A stretch of 64,000 nucleotides of DNA from Candidatus Bathyarchaeota archaeon. Lineage in GTDB: Archaea > Thermoproteota > Bathyarchaeia > Bathyarchaeales > Bathyarchaeaceae. Shown here piece after piece: positions 53,336 through 63,657 of this stretch. Where the stretch lies: the NCBI GenBank assembly GCA_963697165.1, contig CAVOMX010000018.1, positions 65,313-129,312 of the forward strand, given 5' to 3'. The position numbers were made by a program, and so were the translations under genes. The number at the start of each line of letters is the position of its first letter. Position 1 is the stretch's first letter. Below the pieces are notes generated by a model, which saw only the letters and a program-made list of their open reading frames with translations, did no database searches and was not told the origin of the DNA.

Positions 53336-54760
53336 TTAGAATAATGTTTTAACCTGATTTACGATACCTTGGGAAGCCATGTACCTGTAAAGTCTTCTTT
53401 TCAGTGCCTTACTGGAGAAGATTCCCCCAATTCTTCTACTCCAAGAGCCAAAGAAACTTCTGTAGCAATTGTAGAGTTCCTCCTGCACTTCCTTTACAGA
53501 CAGGCTCTCAGTGGGCATGACCGCATGAACCATATCATAGTTCGCCCAATTCCAATCCTCTATCCACCCGTTCTGTTTAGCCTCTTCAAAAACGGCAGTT
53601 CCCGGAAACGGAGTAAGAATCGCAAAAATTGCCAAATCAGGATTCAAATCATTTACGAAATCCCTCAAATTTGCTATTGATTTGGCTGTGTCCTGACGTT
53701 GCCCAATAATAAACATGCCCTGAGAAAAGATGTCATTCTTCTTCAGAAGCTTCACCGCTTTTCGGGCATCATCTGGAGTAGTCTTCTTTCTGAAAGAATC
53801 CAAGGTAGATGCATTGTGGCTTTCCACTCCCAAGAGAACCCATCGGAGTCCAGCTTTTCGCATCTTAGGCAGAACATCCGCATGTTTCACAACATCGTCG
53901 CATCTTACCTGCATAAACCACATAATATCGTCTGCGAATCCTCGGCTTATGAGTTCGTCACCCAAGTCGCTTGCACGTTTACCCAGACCATAATTGTCGT
54001 CGGTTAACCACAGGAATCTGCTTCCATAGTTCTCGTAACAAAACTCGAACTCATCCGCAATCCGCTTCGGAGACTTTATTCTCCATTCGCTTCCCCAGTG
54101 TCTCCATTGAGTACAGAAGCTACATTGGTGAGGACAACCTCTGGAGCCTTCAATTAAAGCATATCTGGTTTTGTTACCTGCCATGCCAGTAAAGTGATAT
54201 TTCTGGAGCAGATGTTCGACATACTTGTATCCAGGAAAAGGGAGGCTATCAAGGTTTTCGATTAGAGGTCGTGGAGGATTATGTATGATTTGTCCATTGT
54301 TTCTGAAGGAGATTCCATTTACAACCGAAAACGGTTGATCATCAGAAACTGTTTGTGCCAATTCTGTAAGTGTTTCTTCTCCTTCTCCCCGCACAATTAC
54401 GTCGATTTCGGGGTATGTTTTCAGGCTCTCTTCAGCCATAACTGTAAAGTGTTGCCCGCCAACAACGGTTACGACGTTAGGGTTCACTTTCTTTGCAATT
54501 TCGAGGGTTCTAACAGAAATGTAAGTGTTGCATGTGGCAAGAGCGCTTGAAGCCACCATATCGGGGTTAAAGGATTCTATTCGTTTTTCTAGTCCGCTCC
54601 AATCTAAACCCTCGGCATTGCAGTCCAAAACTTGAATCTCTGCATCCTTATGTTTCTGTTCAAGAAATGCTGCCAGTTGAAGAATGCCATAAGGCGGAGG
54701 CAAATATTCTCCCATTACAAACCAGTAATCCTTAGGAGGCTCTACAAATAGAATCTTCAC
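53336..54760 (-). CDS. cobalamin-binding radical SAM protein
   Basis: B12-binding N-domain ('PPYG', 'GGQH', 'GEGE') and CPHQCSFC. Confidence 0.93.
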   Translation of the reverse strand: MKILFVEPPKDYWFVMGEYLPPPYGILQLAAFLEQKHKDAEIQVLDCNAEGLDWSGLEKRIESFNPDMVASSALATCNTYISVRTLEIAKKVNPNVVTVVGGQHFTVMAEESLKTYPEIDVIVRGEGEETLTELAQTVSDDQPFSVVNGISFRNNGQIIHNPPRPLIENLDSLPFPGYKYVEHLLQKYHFTGMAGNKTRYALIEGSRGCPHQCSFCTQWRHWGSEWRIKSPKRIADEFEFCYENYGSRFLWLTDDNYGLGKRASDLGDELISRGFADDIMWFMQVRCDDVVKHADVLPKMRKAGLRWVLLGVESHNASTLDSFRKKTTPDDARKAVKLLKKNDIFSQGMFIIGQRQDTAKSIANLRDFVNDLNPDLAIFAILTPFPGTAVFEEAKQNGWIEDWNWANYDMVHAVMPTESLSVKEVQEELYNCYRSFFGSWSRRIGGIFSSKALKRRLYRYMASQGIVNQVKTLF

Positions 54761-55023
54761 CTACAGTTCACCTTCTAAACAACACCTTTTCGTTTTCGGT
54801 GCTGATTACATTTTCGATTATATTCACATATCACATGAACAATTGCATAGTGTAATCAGAAAGCATAAACAATGTCTAAATCGCATAATATTCATGATTG
54901 TGGTTTCCAATTTAGTGAGGAACATTTCACGCAATCTCTTTTAACAAAAAATAGCTGTAATAAAACAGAATGCCTACGGAATAAGCTTCCTTTTTGTTCA
55001 CCACTTTTGTGGCGCTTAGCAAG

Positions 55024-55197
55024 TTAGAGTCGTGTTTGTAGCAAGTCGAGTTGTACGCTCATTGGATTGTGTGCAAGTTTTCTTCCACAAGAGGGGCATT
55101 TGCAATCATTTTTTGCTCGAATATAATATGGTGAAATGACTTCGCGTCCTGTGAACAAGGTTTTGCCGCAGCCGTGGCAGGATATAGATACAGCCAT
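55024..55197 (-). CDS. small Zn-ribbon protein
   Basis: CHGCG ... CPSCG in 57 aa; GGTGG SD. Confidence 0.7.
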   Translation of the reverse strand: MAVSISCHGCGKTLFTGREVISPYYIRAKNDCKCPSCGRKLAHNPMSVQLDLLQTRL

Positions 55198-55710
55198 TTT
55201 AAGCCACCAGAACAAAATTTGTTTCTAGAAGAGTCTGGATTTCATGGTATCTTTCTTGTTCGGCAAGAATCTGGATGTAACTTAGCCGTTTCATTACCTG
55301 TTCTTTATAGTTTATTTTATTCAACGATTATCCTCCTAATGTTACCGCATTTTGCTGAATTGCATAATAAGACTGGTGCCGAAACGACTTACAGAAGCGG
55401 GGAGAGAGAAGAGTGAAAGTAAAAAGAAAAATATCAATTTTTATATTTCTGCTAAGAAAATAGTGGTAATAAAGAAGAAACAAAAGTTGTTGAAGCGAGT
55501 TTCTAGTGCATCTGTGAAAAAGCATGAACGTCTGAATTTCAGAAAACGTAAATAAGCTCCAAAGACTTTACCAAAACGGTGAAAATCGAGTGAAAATTGC
55601 GGTTTTCAACATTAGTGGATAGATCTCCCGCATCTCCCCTTTTTTATCAAATAATAAATGAAAAATTCTATAACTTATAAATATCAGAAAAATTTTAATT
55701 TGATATGTGA

Positions 55711-55814
55711 AAGAAGGGTGTACCGAGGATTAATACGGGAATTTAGAGAGAAAAAACATGGGAACTCAATACACATGAATTTATTTTTTACTTTAGCCTT
55801 TTCATTCCCTTCTT
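55711..55814. repeat. hairpin element, copy F (degenerate central helix)
   Basis: AAGAAGGG-TGT-ACCG-AGG ... CCT-TTT-CATT-CCCTTCTT: 8-bp outer helix and 3/4/3 spacing kept. Confidence 0.55.
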
Positions 55815-55825
55815 CTGCGTGCGCT

Positions 55826-56722
55826 TCAGATTTCTCCTCTTAGCATGCCTATTCCTAAACCTAAGAGTGTTATGGGCCAGATCTCAGTGAATAGTAGAAA
55901 ATTCCACGAGTTAGTGAGTGATGTATACACGATGAAAATGCAAAAGAATAGACCAAGCGTGATCAGAGCCAGAGCTATTAGTCTTATGGTTAATTTTCTG
56001 TTCCCAGTTCTTGAACCACTGTAGAAACCCGAAATGGTGAAGATTAACGAAAGGGACAGAGTTAATATAGAATTAAGGAATCCTAAGGAAGTAGTTCCTG
56101 AAAAAAGGAAGTCAAGTCCCTCAATTTGAGTCATACCTAACCAACTGAATACGTTAATTATCCATATGCCAGTCAAATATCCTATTGCTGCTACACCCCC
56201 CCATTTTAGAATTTCATATTTATCGCTTCTCTGGAGGCGCCAAACCTTGAGGGATAAGAATATCAAGAGCGGTGAAACCAGAAAGATATACAAAATATAA
56301 GAAATAGGTACAAGCAATGTTACGCTACCACCGAAAAGGATGATGATAGTAGTTGGTAATTGCAAGAACCAAAATATTGCCTCGAAAAGGAGTGCAACTG
56401 TAATGTATTTTTTAATGTCAGCATAAGCTCTAGCCTTGGAACCCCAAAATTGATAAACCGCAAACAAAGACAAACAAACTCCAATGACTCGAAGAACATT
56501 TCCTGTTACTGCAGGTAGATTGTAATAATAAAATCTTGGGGATTGAATTAGTTGAGGACTAAAAGTACGATAAATAAGTTCGAGACTGCTAAATGCCCAG
56601 TAAATCCCATACGCTAAAAGAGAACAAAGTGTAATCGAAACCCAAAACTTAGTCCAACGAGTAAATTCCAAATTGATGCCATTAAAGTAGGTGTTCTTTT
56701 CATTTTGCATTTTTATTTTCAT
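55826..56722 (-). CDS. multi-pass membrane protein
   Basis: 298 aa, ~8 TM helices; flanked by hairpin copies E and F. Confidence 0.75.
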   Translation of the reverse strand: MKIKMQNEKNTYFNGINLEFTRWTKFWVSITLCSLLAYGIYWAFSSLELIYRTFSPQLIQSPRFYYYNLPAVTGNVLRVIGVCLSLFAVYQFWGSKARAYADIKKYITVALLFEAIFWFLQLPTTIIILFGGSVTLLVPISYILYIFLVSPLLIFLSLKVWRLQRSDKYEILKWGGVAAIGYLTGIWIINVFSWLGMTQIEGLDFLFSGTTSLGFLNSILTLSLSLIFTISGFYSGSRTGNRKLTIRLIALALITLGLFFCIFIVYTSLTNSWNFLLFTEIWPITLLGLGIGMLRGEI

Positions 56723-56950
56723 CCTTTCTTTTTTTGTTCTATGAAAAATCTTACTTTAAAACAAACCTATTAAACTGCGTGTGGGTAGACTACCAACCAA
56801 GCATAATCAATGTTATAAATAATTTTATTCACTTACAATAAGCAATAAAAGGTCATAAAAATTAGGTAAATAAAAAAATCTCATAAAAGTAACAGACAAC
56901 AATTTTGGAAGGCATTCAAAAAGATGAAAAAAGAAATAAAATGTTTTGGA

Positions 56951-57052
56951 AGAAGGGATTTCTGAAGGTTTGGAGGGGTTTTAGGATGAAAAACATGGAA
57001 ATCCTAAACAGACAACTTCATTTTTTATCTTTAGCCTTTTTCAGTCCCTTCT
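56951..57052. ncRNA. bulge-helix-bulge-type hairpin element, copy E
   Basis: AGAAGGGA-TTT-CTGA-AGG ... CCT-TTT-TCAG-TCCCTTCT; apical stem TTTAGGAT/ATCCTAAA. Confidence 0.68.
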
Positions 57053-57099
57053 CCTGTTTACTTTGTTTTACTCCCAAAAAAAGGGGGAGGAAATTTGGT

Positions 57100-59618
57100 T
57101 TATTCTCTCCTTCTAAGCAACATGAAAGCGACTACGCCAATAAGTGCGGCTGCAATTATTGCAATTGCGATTGCTACTTCAGTGCTGATCAAAGGTTCAG
57201 GTGTTGGTTCAGGTTCTATTTCTCCACCTGATGCAGGTGCCGGACCAACTGTTACGTATGTTGTATCGGCTGAACTAAAGTAGGATTCTGATCCTAGGAA
57301 AGATGCCTTTATTGCGTGTTTTCCTTCAGCTGAAGGTGTCCAGGTGAATGCAAAGTTTCCGAAAGCGTCGCTAGTTACTTCGTCAATATCTTGCCAATTT
57401 CCATCTGCCATTTGATATGCTAATTTAACAGGCACACCGGTTGGTGTTGGTGGATTGTTCAGTAATGTTGCATTCTGCATATGCAAGTAGTCCATGAACT
57501 CGCTCATGTCGTCATCGGCAATAGCAGGAACTCCGTTCGGGAATCTTACTTGAGACGTGGAGTCTTGGGAAATAGGAGACATATCAAGAACTGAACCCTT
57601 AATAGTAAATGCAGTTCCTTTCGGCACTGCAGTATCCGGTGCAGTTACTGTTGTTTTTGTTCGGACCTTTACCGACGCAATAGATAATTTCATCGTACAT
57701 TCCATCAGCTATAACGTAACCATTAGCAGCAGCCATGGGATAAATTCCACCATTTAAAGTATATTTAAGGTCTCCTGTAGCAGCGTCAATACATACCATC
57801 ATTCCAAGCCTTGGCATAGGATTGATTTGGTATAAAATGGAATAGCCTGCGTATCCGTAGAGATTACCGCCTACCATCACCAGTCCACAAACAAAAGGCA
57901 CTGCATTATTGGGGTACTCAGTCGAAGGTATAGGCTCGGAACGCCATAATGTTTTTCCTGTTGCCAAACTCAAAGCAGCCATCGTGCCATCGGGGAACAT
58001 AAGATACAATTTTTCGTAGTCATGGGTCTCAGCACCGTAGATGGTCCATGTTGAAGCCCATGGAGAATCTGCAAAGCTTTCACTTTCCCACAATTCAGCG
58101 CCAGTAAGGATAGAGTAACAGTGGAACGATGAAGCAACACAATCAAATACAATAAAGCCGTCGACTCCATAGAAACTGATTTGCTCGTTCACTAAGCTCG
58201 GATAATCTATGAGAAATGGACCCCATAATAAAGAACCATCAGTTGTGCTGTAACCCCGGTACTCGTTGGGATTACTCCTCACCAGAATCGTGGACATATC
58301 TGTTGACACTCCGATGGCTATAATGCTGCGATTGGCTAGTGCCGCTGGCAGGTCGCGTGTCCACTCGATTCCTGTCGGCCAATTATTGCTGCGCACTTTT
58401 GTTAAGTTCCAAGCAAACAGGGTGCCACGTGCTGTCCCATAGGCAAGGTTGGTGCCGTCAATTAATTTGTAGTTCCAATAATAGCCGGCACTTAAGTAAT
58501 TCCAGTAGCCCGGATTATTTGGGTTAGCTATGCTGCTCCAAGTAGCGTTAGCAATTTCCCTCCTAAGTGCTCCAGTTTGGGGATCATAATAGCTCCATGT
58601 AGAACCAGAGGTTCCCAACAAATATCCCGTTGTGGATGCTCCATAAGAACTGGCGAGAACTACTGAAGGATCTAAATTGGCTTGTTGATGTGGGTTTCCA
58701 GGCAGGTGTATACCATGATTAATCGAGCCATCTGCCATGTACAAGACTTTTTCCAGTTGTTTGATCGATGCATGCAAACTTGCCGGAATTGGGTATATTT
58801 ATGAATACTTTGCCTTCCATGATTACACAACTAGGAGCATTTATACCAGTGGTATAGCTAAGGCTGCCATATTGTCCGCCTATGAGGCCTCCTGATTTAC
58901 GCGGTTGGCTCCAAAGTATGTGTGCAGTGTTAGGTCCTGAACCATAGGGTTGCCATAAACGACAAGTGGGATTGTTAATACTAGATCCTTGGAGGCTACT
59001 GCCGAGCCAGTCGCCTGAGATTTGGTGCCATTCTCTGTTGTTAGCGCTTATTGGGTAGTCCCAGTAGGTATTTGGTAGTTCTGCCCATGGATAACCATTA
59101 AGCAAACCAGCAAGTTGTTCCTCTTCTGTTACAGTAAAGGAAAAAGAGTTACTCGTAAGAGCCATATATTGGACCGTTCCAGACTCATCAGTTAATTCAT
59201 GTGCAGGCATCGTAAACGAGACACTCCATTCACCCACCATATCAGGTTCATAAAAAAAGTATAAAGCTGCAAGTGATTGGGTTTGTCCTGGAACATATTG
59301 ACCTGTACCATCGACGGGCATAAAGGTGTCTTTTGTTCCATTAGGTCTTACGAACGTTGCTGTTACTCCGAAAAAGCCTCGAAAATCTGAATCATAATCA
59401 TAGTAGTTAGGTAAAGGAAAGACCCATAGGTTCACAGTTGCTGTTTGGCCAACTCCAATTAGTGTTGGTGCGACGGTGATGTAACCTACAGTTTTCACTG
59501 GCTGAGGAACACCAACCTGAGCATTGACTGAAACATTCGCAACTAATAGAAAACTAGAAGTTACAAATATTGCAAGTGTAATTATAGCTGTCAATTTTGT
59601 TTTGTTAATTTTTTGCAT
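57100..59618 (-). CDS. large PQQ-like beta-propeller surface protein, paralog 2 (frameshifted)
   Basis: signal peptide MQKINKTKLTA..., 'NREW', 'PNTAHILW', repeated 'TG..LW' blades, 'VPKGTAFTIKGSVLDMSP', TM anchor and RRR tail. Confidence 0.85.
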
Positions 59619-59642
59619 TTTTCATCATCCTTTTTTATTTTT

Positions 59643-59744
59643 TTGGGAAAAAGAATTAGGCAAAATGCTCATTCATTTCCCCAAGAATATTATCTGTGTA
59701 AATAAGAAGTATATAATTTTAATTGCATCAGCATCTAACTGACA
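59643..59744 (-). promoter_or_regulatory. shared promoter cassette copy 3 (leader hairpin 59643-59684; operator CATCAG-N7-CTGACA 59726-59744)
   Basis: same order and spacing as the other three copies. Confidence 0.65.
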
Positions 59745-60042
59745 ATCTTTAAATCATTAATAATCAAATCATCAGTTTTCAGTATATATTTACCGTAAAA
59801 ATTCTTACCCACTCCCAACTCTAAATGAAACCTCAATAAACCCAACAAAACACCCCCAGGTGTGCTTAAAAGTTCCAAAATATCGCTGAAAAGGTTTATT
59901 CAGCCTATATTGGAGATGTCACCCGAAGTTATCCCGCAAACTCCCCCTTTTTAAAAGAATTACATACCCTATTACTCAAATTGATTACATTTAGTAAAAG
60001 TATTAGTTTATATTCAAAGTTTGATTATGAGCAACTAAAGGA

Positions 60043-60149
60043 AGAAGGGTTTGCTGAAGCTCTAGCACAGTTGTTGATGAGTGATGGTCACATCCAACCT
60101 AGGGGAAAGAATGTGTACTCCTGTGTTTTGAGCCTTCTCAGCCCCTTCT
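60043..60149. ncRNA. bulge-helix-bulge-type hairpin element, copy C (strict BHB on minus strand)
   Basis: minus strand AGAAGGG-GCUG-AGA-AGGCUC ... GAGCUU-CAGC-AAA-CCCUUCU. Confidence 0.75.
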
Positions 60150-60236
60150 GTTTCTCTTGGTAGTTCCAAAAAAAGAGGGAAGATTATTTTTATGCATTGT
60201 ATTGTATGAATAATTTTCATCATTCCAAAGCATTAA

Positions 60237-60425
60237 TCAAGTTTTTTTCTGTTGTTCTAATCTACTGTCTGCTGAATCGTGTTCATCTGCTATTTCGGAG
60301 ACTTCTTTTCTAATGGCAAGTTTTGTTTCTTTCTCTGGAAAGCCTTCTTCTGGTCCGCAATAGACTAGCTTAAAATCTGGTACCCGATGATGCCAAATCC
60401 CGCTCTTACGTTTTCGACGACTCAT
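60237..60425 (-). CDS. small hypothetical protein (62 aa), repeated family
   Basis: GGGGGAG SD; 'PDFKLVYCGPEEGFPEK' recurs at the right window edge. Confidence 0.7.
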   Translation of the reverse strand: MSRRKRKSGIWHHRVPDFKLVYCGPEEGFPEKETKLAIRKEVSEIADEHDSADSRLEQQKKT

Positions 60426-60555
60426 TGACAACTCCCCCAAATAGCCAAATCATTTTCATTATTCTCCTTTCTATTTTAAACTATCAAACCTCCTTTCAAT
60501 CCTCAAATTTCTATTTGGCTACTCCACACAAAAAAAGGGGAGGGAAAATTGTGGC

Positions 60556-63233
60556 TTATTTTCGTTTTCTGAGTGCCCAGAAGCTAACTACGCCTATGAT
60601 GCTGACGATTGCGACAGCTGCGATAATAGCTACAGTGGTTAGTAGTGGTGTTTCAGTTGACGGTTCGATTGGAACATTCGGTGATGATGCTGGACCGACT
60701 GTAACTGCGGTTGATGCTCCTGAACTACCATAAGATTCGTCGCCTGCAAATGATGCAATGATCTTGTAGGTCCCTTCTGCTTCGGACGTCCATGGTAGTG
60801 CAAAAGTACCATAGTAGCCATCTGAAAGGTTACAACGCCGATGTCAATGTATGATGCCGTCGAATCGATCGCCGTTAATGTCACAGGAACACCAGTTATT
60901 GTTTCGTCGCCCCAAAGCCCTCGATTGGCATCTGCAGGTGCAGGTACTCCATTTGTGTTGCCATTGATTCTTTGGAGACACATGGTGTATCTGGCTGAGC
61001 AGGAGACATATCAAGTACAGTGCCTTTTATTGTTAAAGCCGTTCCTTTAGGTACTGCAACATCCGGAGCTGTAACTGTTGTTTCGCTTTTACCCTTACCG
61101 AAAGCATATGTGTACCCGTCATAGCCTGAGGCTGTCAGATAACCGTCGGCAATAGGACCTATAGATCCCCATATCTTTGTCTTCCATATGAGCTCGCCTG
61201 TTGTAACATTCATGCAGTGAATACCCCAGCCTCTAGTGATAGGTTGAGTAGGTGTGTGCTCAGTGTTGTATGCGTAGACTTTTCCGTCAGCAACCCAGCC
61301 AGCACCATTGAAAGAATACATCGTGTTGCCATCCTCATCCGTATAGGGAGTTTCGTATTGACTAAAAGCTGGCGCTTCATACTTCCAGACTATGCTTCCG
61401 TCATCCCAGTCAAACGCGTAGACTCCAGAGTAGCCGAATCGGAAGAACATGCCATAGGCTGTGCACATACTGTAAGCTCCGAAGCCACATATGTCCCAAG
61501 GACTGTCCATCTGCTCGCTCTTCCATAAGAGGTCCCCTGTATATGAGTCAAAGCACATGTAATATCCACCATTACCTGTAATGGGCGAATCCTGCATCAG
61601 AATAGCAAGTTTTCCGTGTTGAGCTGCTGAGCCGAGTGCATGGTATACAGATTCATAGAAACTTTTGTCCCATAGCAATTCACCCGTTTTCAGACTATAA
61701 GCGGCTATCCGTGTTCCATACCTGATTCCCGATGCGTTATCGTAGGGGATATATGCATATGGAAAACCCGAAACTGGCGTTTCGAACCAACTTGTTTCCT
61801 CGCAACGAAAAACTATGCCTGACTCATAATCTCGCATCTGAGCAAAGTTACCTATGTTATTGCGCGGCCAGGTTATGTTGCTTATTATCCTATCATTGAA
61901 GTCGCTACTACTTCCAGCGGTAGTCCAGTTGATCAAACGGTAAATGCCTGCTGAGGGGGTTCCGTATTCTCCAGGTCCTCCTGTAGAGCTAAGTGTCTGC
62001 ACGCTTAAGGCGTAGCCGTTCATGCAGTACTCAGTAGAAGTAAATGAAGGAATATCATGGTCCAAGGTCATAGCTCCAGTTGATGGATTGAACTTATGGA
62101 GTTTATTTCCGCCTATCCGTACAAGACTTGCTGTTGGACCTGGTTGATGCTTCAGCTCCGGGTACGGATGGAAGTCCATAGGAATATTCAATGTATGCCG
62201 GTGCAGATACACCAGTCCGTTCCCAGAATATTTCCCCAGTACGTATATCATAGCACGTCCATACGCTCTGTGTCTCCCCATTAAATGGTTTTGTAACACT
62301 CTGGTAAGCCCTTCCCTGATAGACAATATTTGGAGTTCCGCCACCACTAGTCATGCTAAGATACGCATTGTCCCCTCCGTGGATACCTGATATTTGGTTC
62401 AATTGTCTCCATGCTACGTGCGCACTTTCTGGTCCCTGTACCCATGGAGTGAAACGTTGGCAACCACTGTAGTAAGGGCTCGTTCCAGGGTAGAGTTCGT
62501 CCCATACAGGACCTCCTGATGGGCCCCTCCACGGGTAGTCTCCTAGTATTGTCCACCATTCTCTGTGCTCCTTAACTGCGGGTCGCGTCCAGTAGTCTGT
62601 TGGTAGATCAGATTCAGGCCAAGAATACACCATTTCCTCTTGCACTGTAAGTGTTCGCTCTGAAGTAGAAGTGGGTTTATAGTACATTGATCGAGTGAAG
62701 CTGTCGGTATAACCACCCCTTCTGGTCTCCGTGGGCATAGTGTAGTTTCCTGGTGGGAAATATTGTCCCGGGACGTCAAATTTTAGTGTCCATGTGCCAA
62801 CCTGATTTGGAGTGAATTCAAACCATGCCGTTGAATCCGCAAAGTAGGAATCCACCAATATGACTTCTTGTGTTCCATCTGGCTTAGACAATGTTACCTT
62901 GTAATCTGTGAAGTATCGAGTAAAACAAGGACCAGGCACACTCCACATGTTCACCAAGATGGGCTGGTTAACCCCTACAGGGTTAGGTCTAAAGCTAAGA
63001 TAGGGATCGACTTTTAATTCAACATCGGGAGTAACGCCTGCAGGCAGTCGTATACCACCGCTATCCTGCAAATTCTCAGCATCTTCTCCCCACCATCCCA
63101 TGCCATATTCTTCATTATCAATATACCATTGAGCTTGCACTAGTGTGATAGAAGGTATTATGAGAAAAGAAATTGTTAAAAGAACTATGATGATTGTTGC
63201 GGTTAGTTTGGTTTTGTTCATTGAATTTTTCAT
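60556..63233 (-). CDS. large PQQ-like beta-propeller surface protein, paralog 3 (frameshifted)
   Basis: collinear with paralog 1: 'YLSFRPNPVGVNQ', 'LPTDYWTRP', 'CYDIRTGEIFWE', 'YAFDWDDGSIVWKY', 'EHTPTQPITRGWG'; TM anchor and RKRK tail. Confidence 0.85.
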
Positions 63234-63274
63234 TTTTTCACCTTTTTAGTTTTTTTACATTTTTTATTTTTGAT

Positions 63275-63370
63275 GGGGGATCAAGCTAAAAAATACTTGT
63301 TTTTCCCCCTAAACTGTTCTCTTATACAGAACATGTATTTAACATTAAGAGTGTCAGCCCCTGACTGACA
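63275..63370 (-). promoter_or_regulatory. shared promoter cassette copy 4 (leader hairpin 63275-63309; operator TGTCAG-N7-CTGACA 63352-63370)
   Basis: perfect inverted repeat; 'CAAGCTAAAAAATACTT' and 'AACATTAAGAGTGTCAGC' identical to copy 1. Confidence 0.7.
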
Positions 63371-63451
63371 ACTTCTGAATCATTAATACATTATAAATAT
63401 GATAGCCCCTGACTGACAACTTCTGAATCATTAATACATTATTAATATGAT
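63356..63451. repeat. 48-bp tandem direct repeat (2 units, 1 mismatch)
   Basis: AGCCCCTGACTGACAACTTCTGAATCATTAATACATTAT(A/T)AATATGAT at 63356 and 63404. Confidence 0.9.
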
Positions 63452-63657
63452 AGGAGAGAAACAAATTGTCTCTTAAAAAAATATTCGAATTATGAACTCG
63501 GTTACATTTTTAATCATTCTAAACCCTAAGGAACTTGGAGCGAAGAATAAAAATAATGCTTGATAATGAAATAGTATCCATTGATTAGGACTTTTTTAGC
63601 AACATTTTTCGGTTCCTTTTCTCTCGAAATAAGTTATTCTACAATTTCGTACTAAAC

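Noticed and set aside
59981..60163. Plus-strand ORFs spanning hairpin copies (also 56905-57231, 55658-55843, 20960-21181)
   Set aside because: Reading frames and lengths are not conserved between otherwise similar copies
7925..63233. Widespread frameshifts as programmed frameshifting, phase variation or mass pseudogenisation
   Set aside because: They affect essential genes (rpl15e, rnp3, tsr3, topo IB), are mostly single-base and often near homopolymers, which is best explained by long-read indel errors
57100..63233. Diversity-generating retroelement acting on the propeller genes
   Set aside because: No reverse transcriptase and no template/variable repeat pair with adenine-specific differences seen
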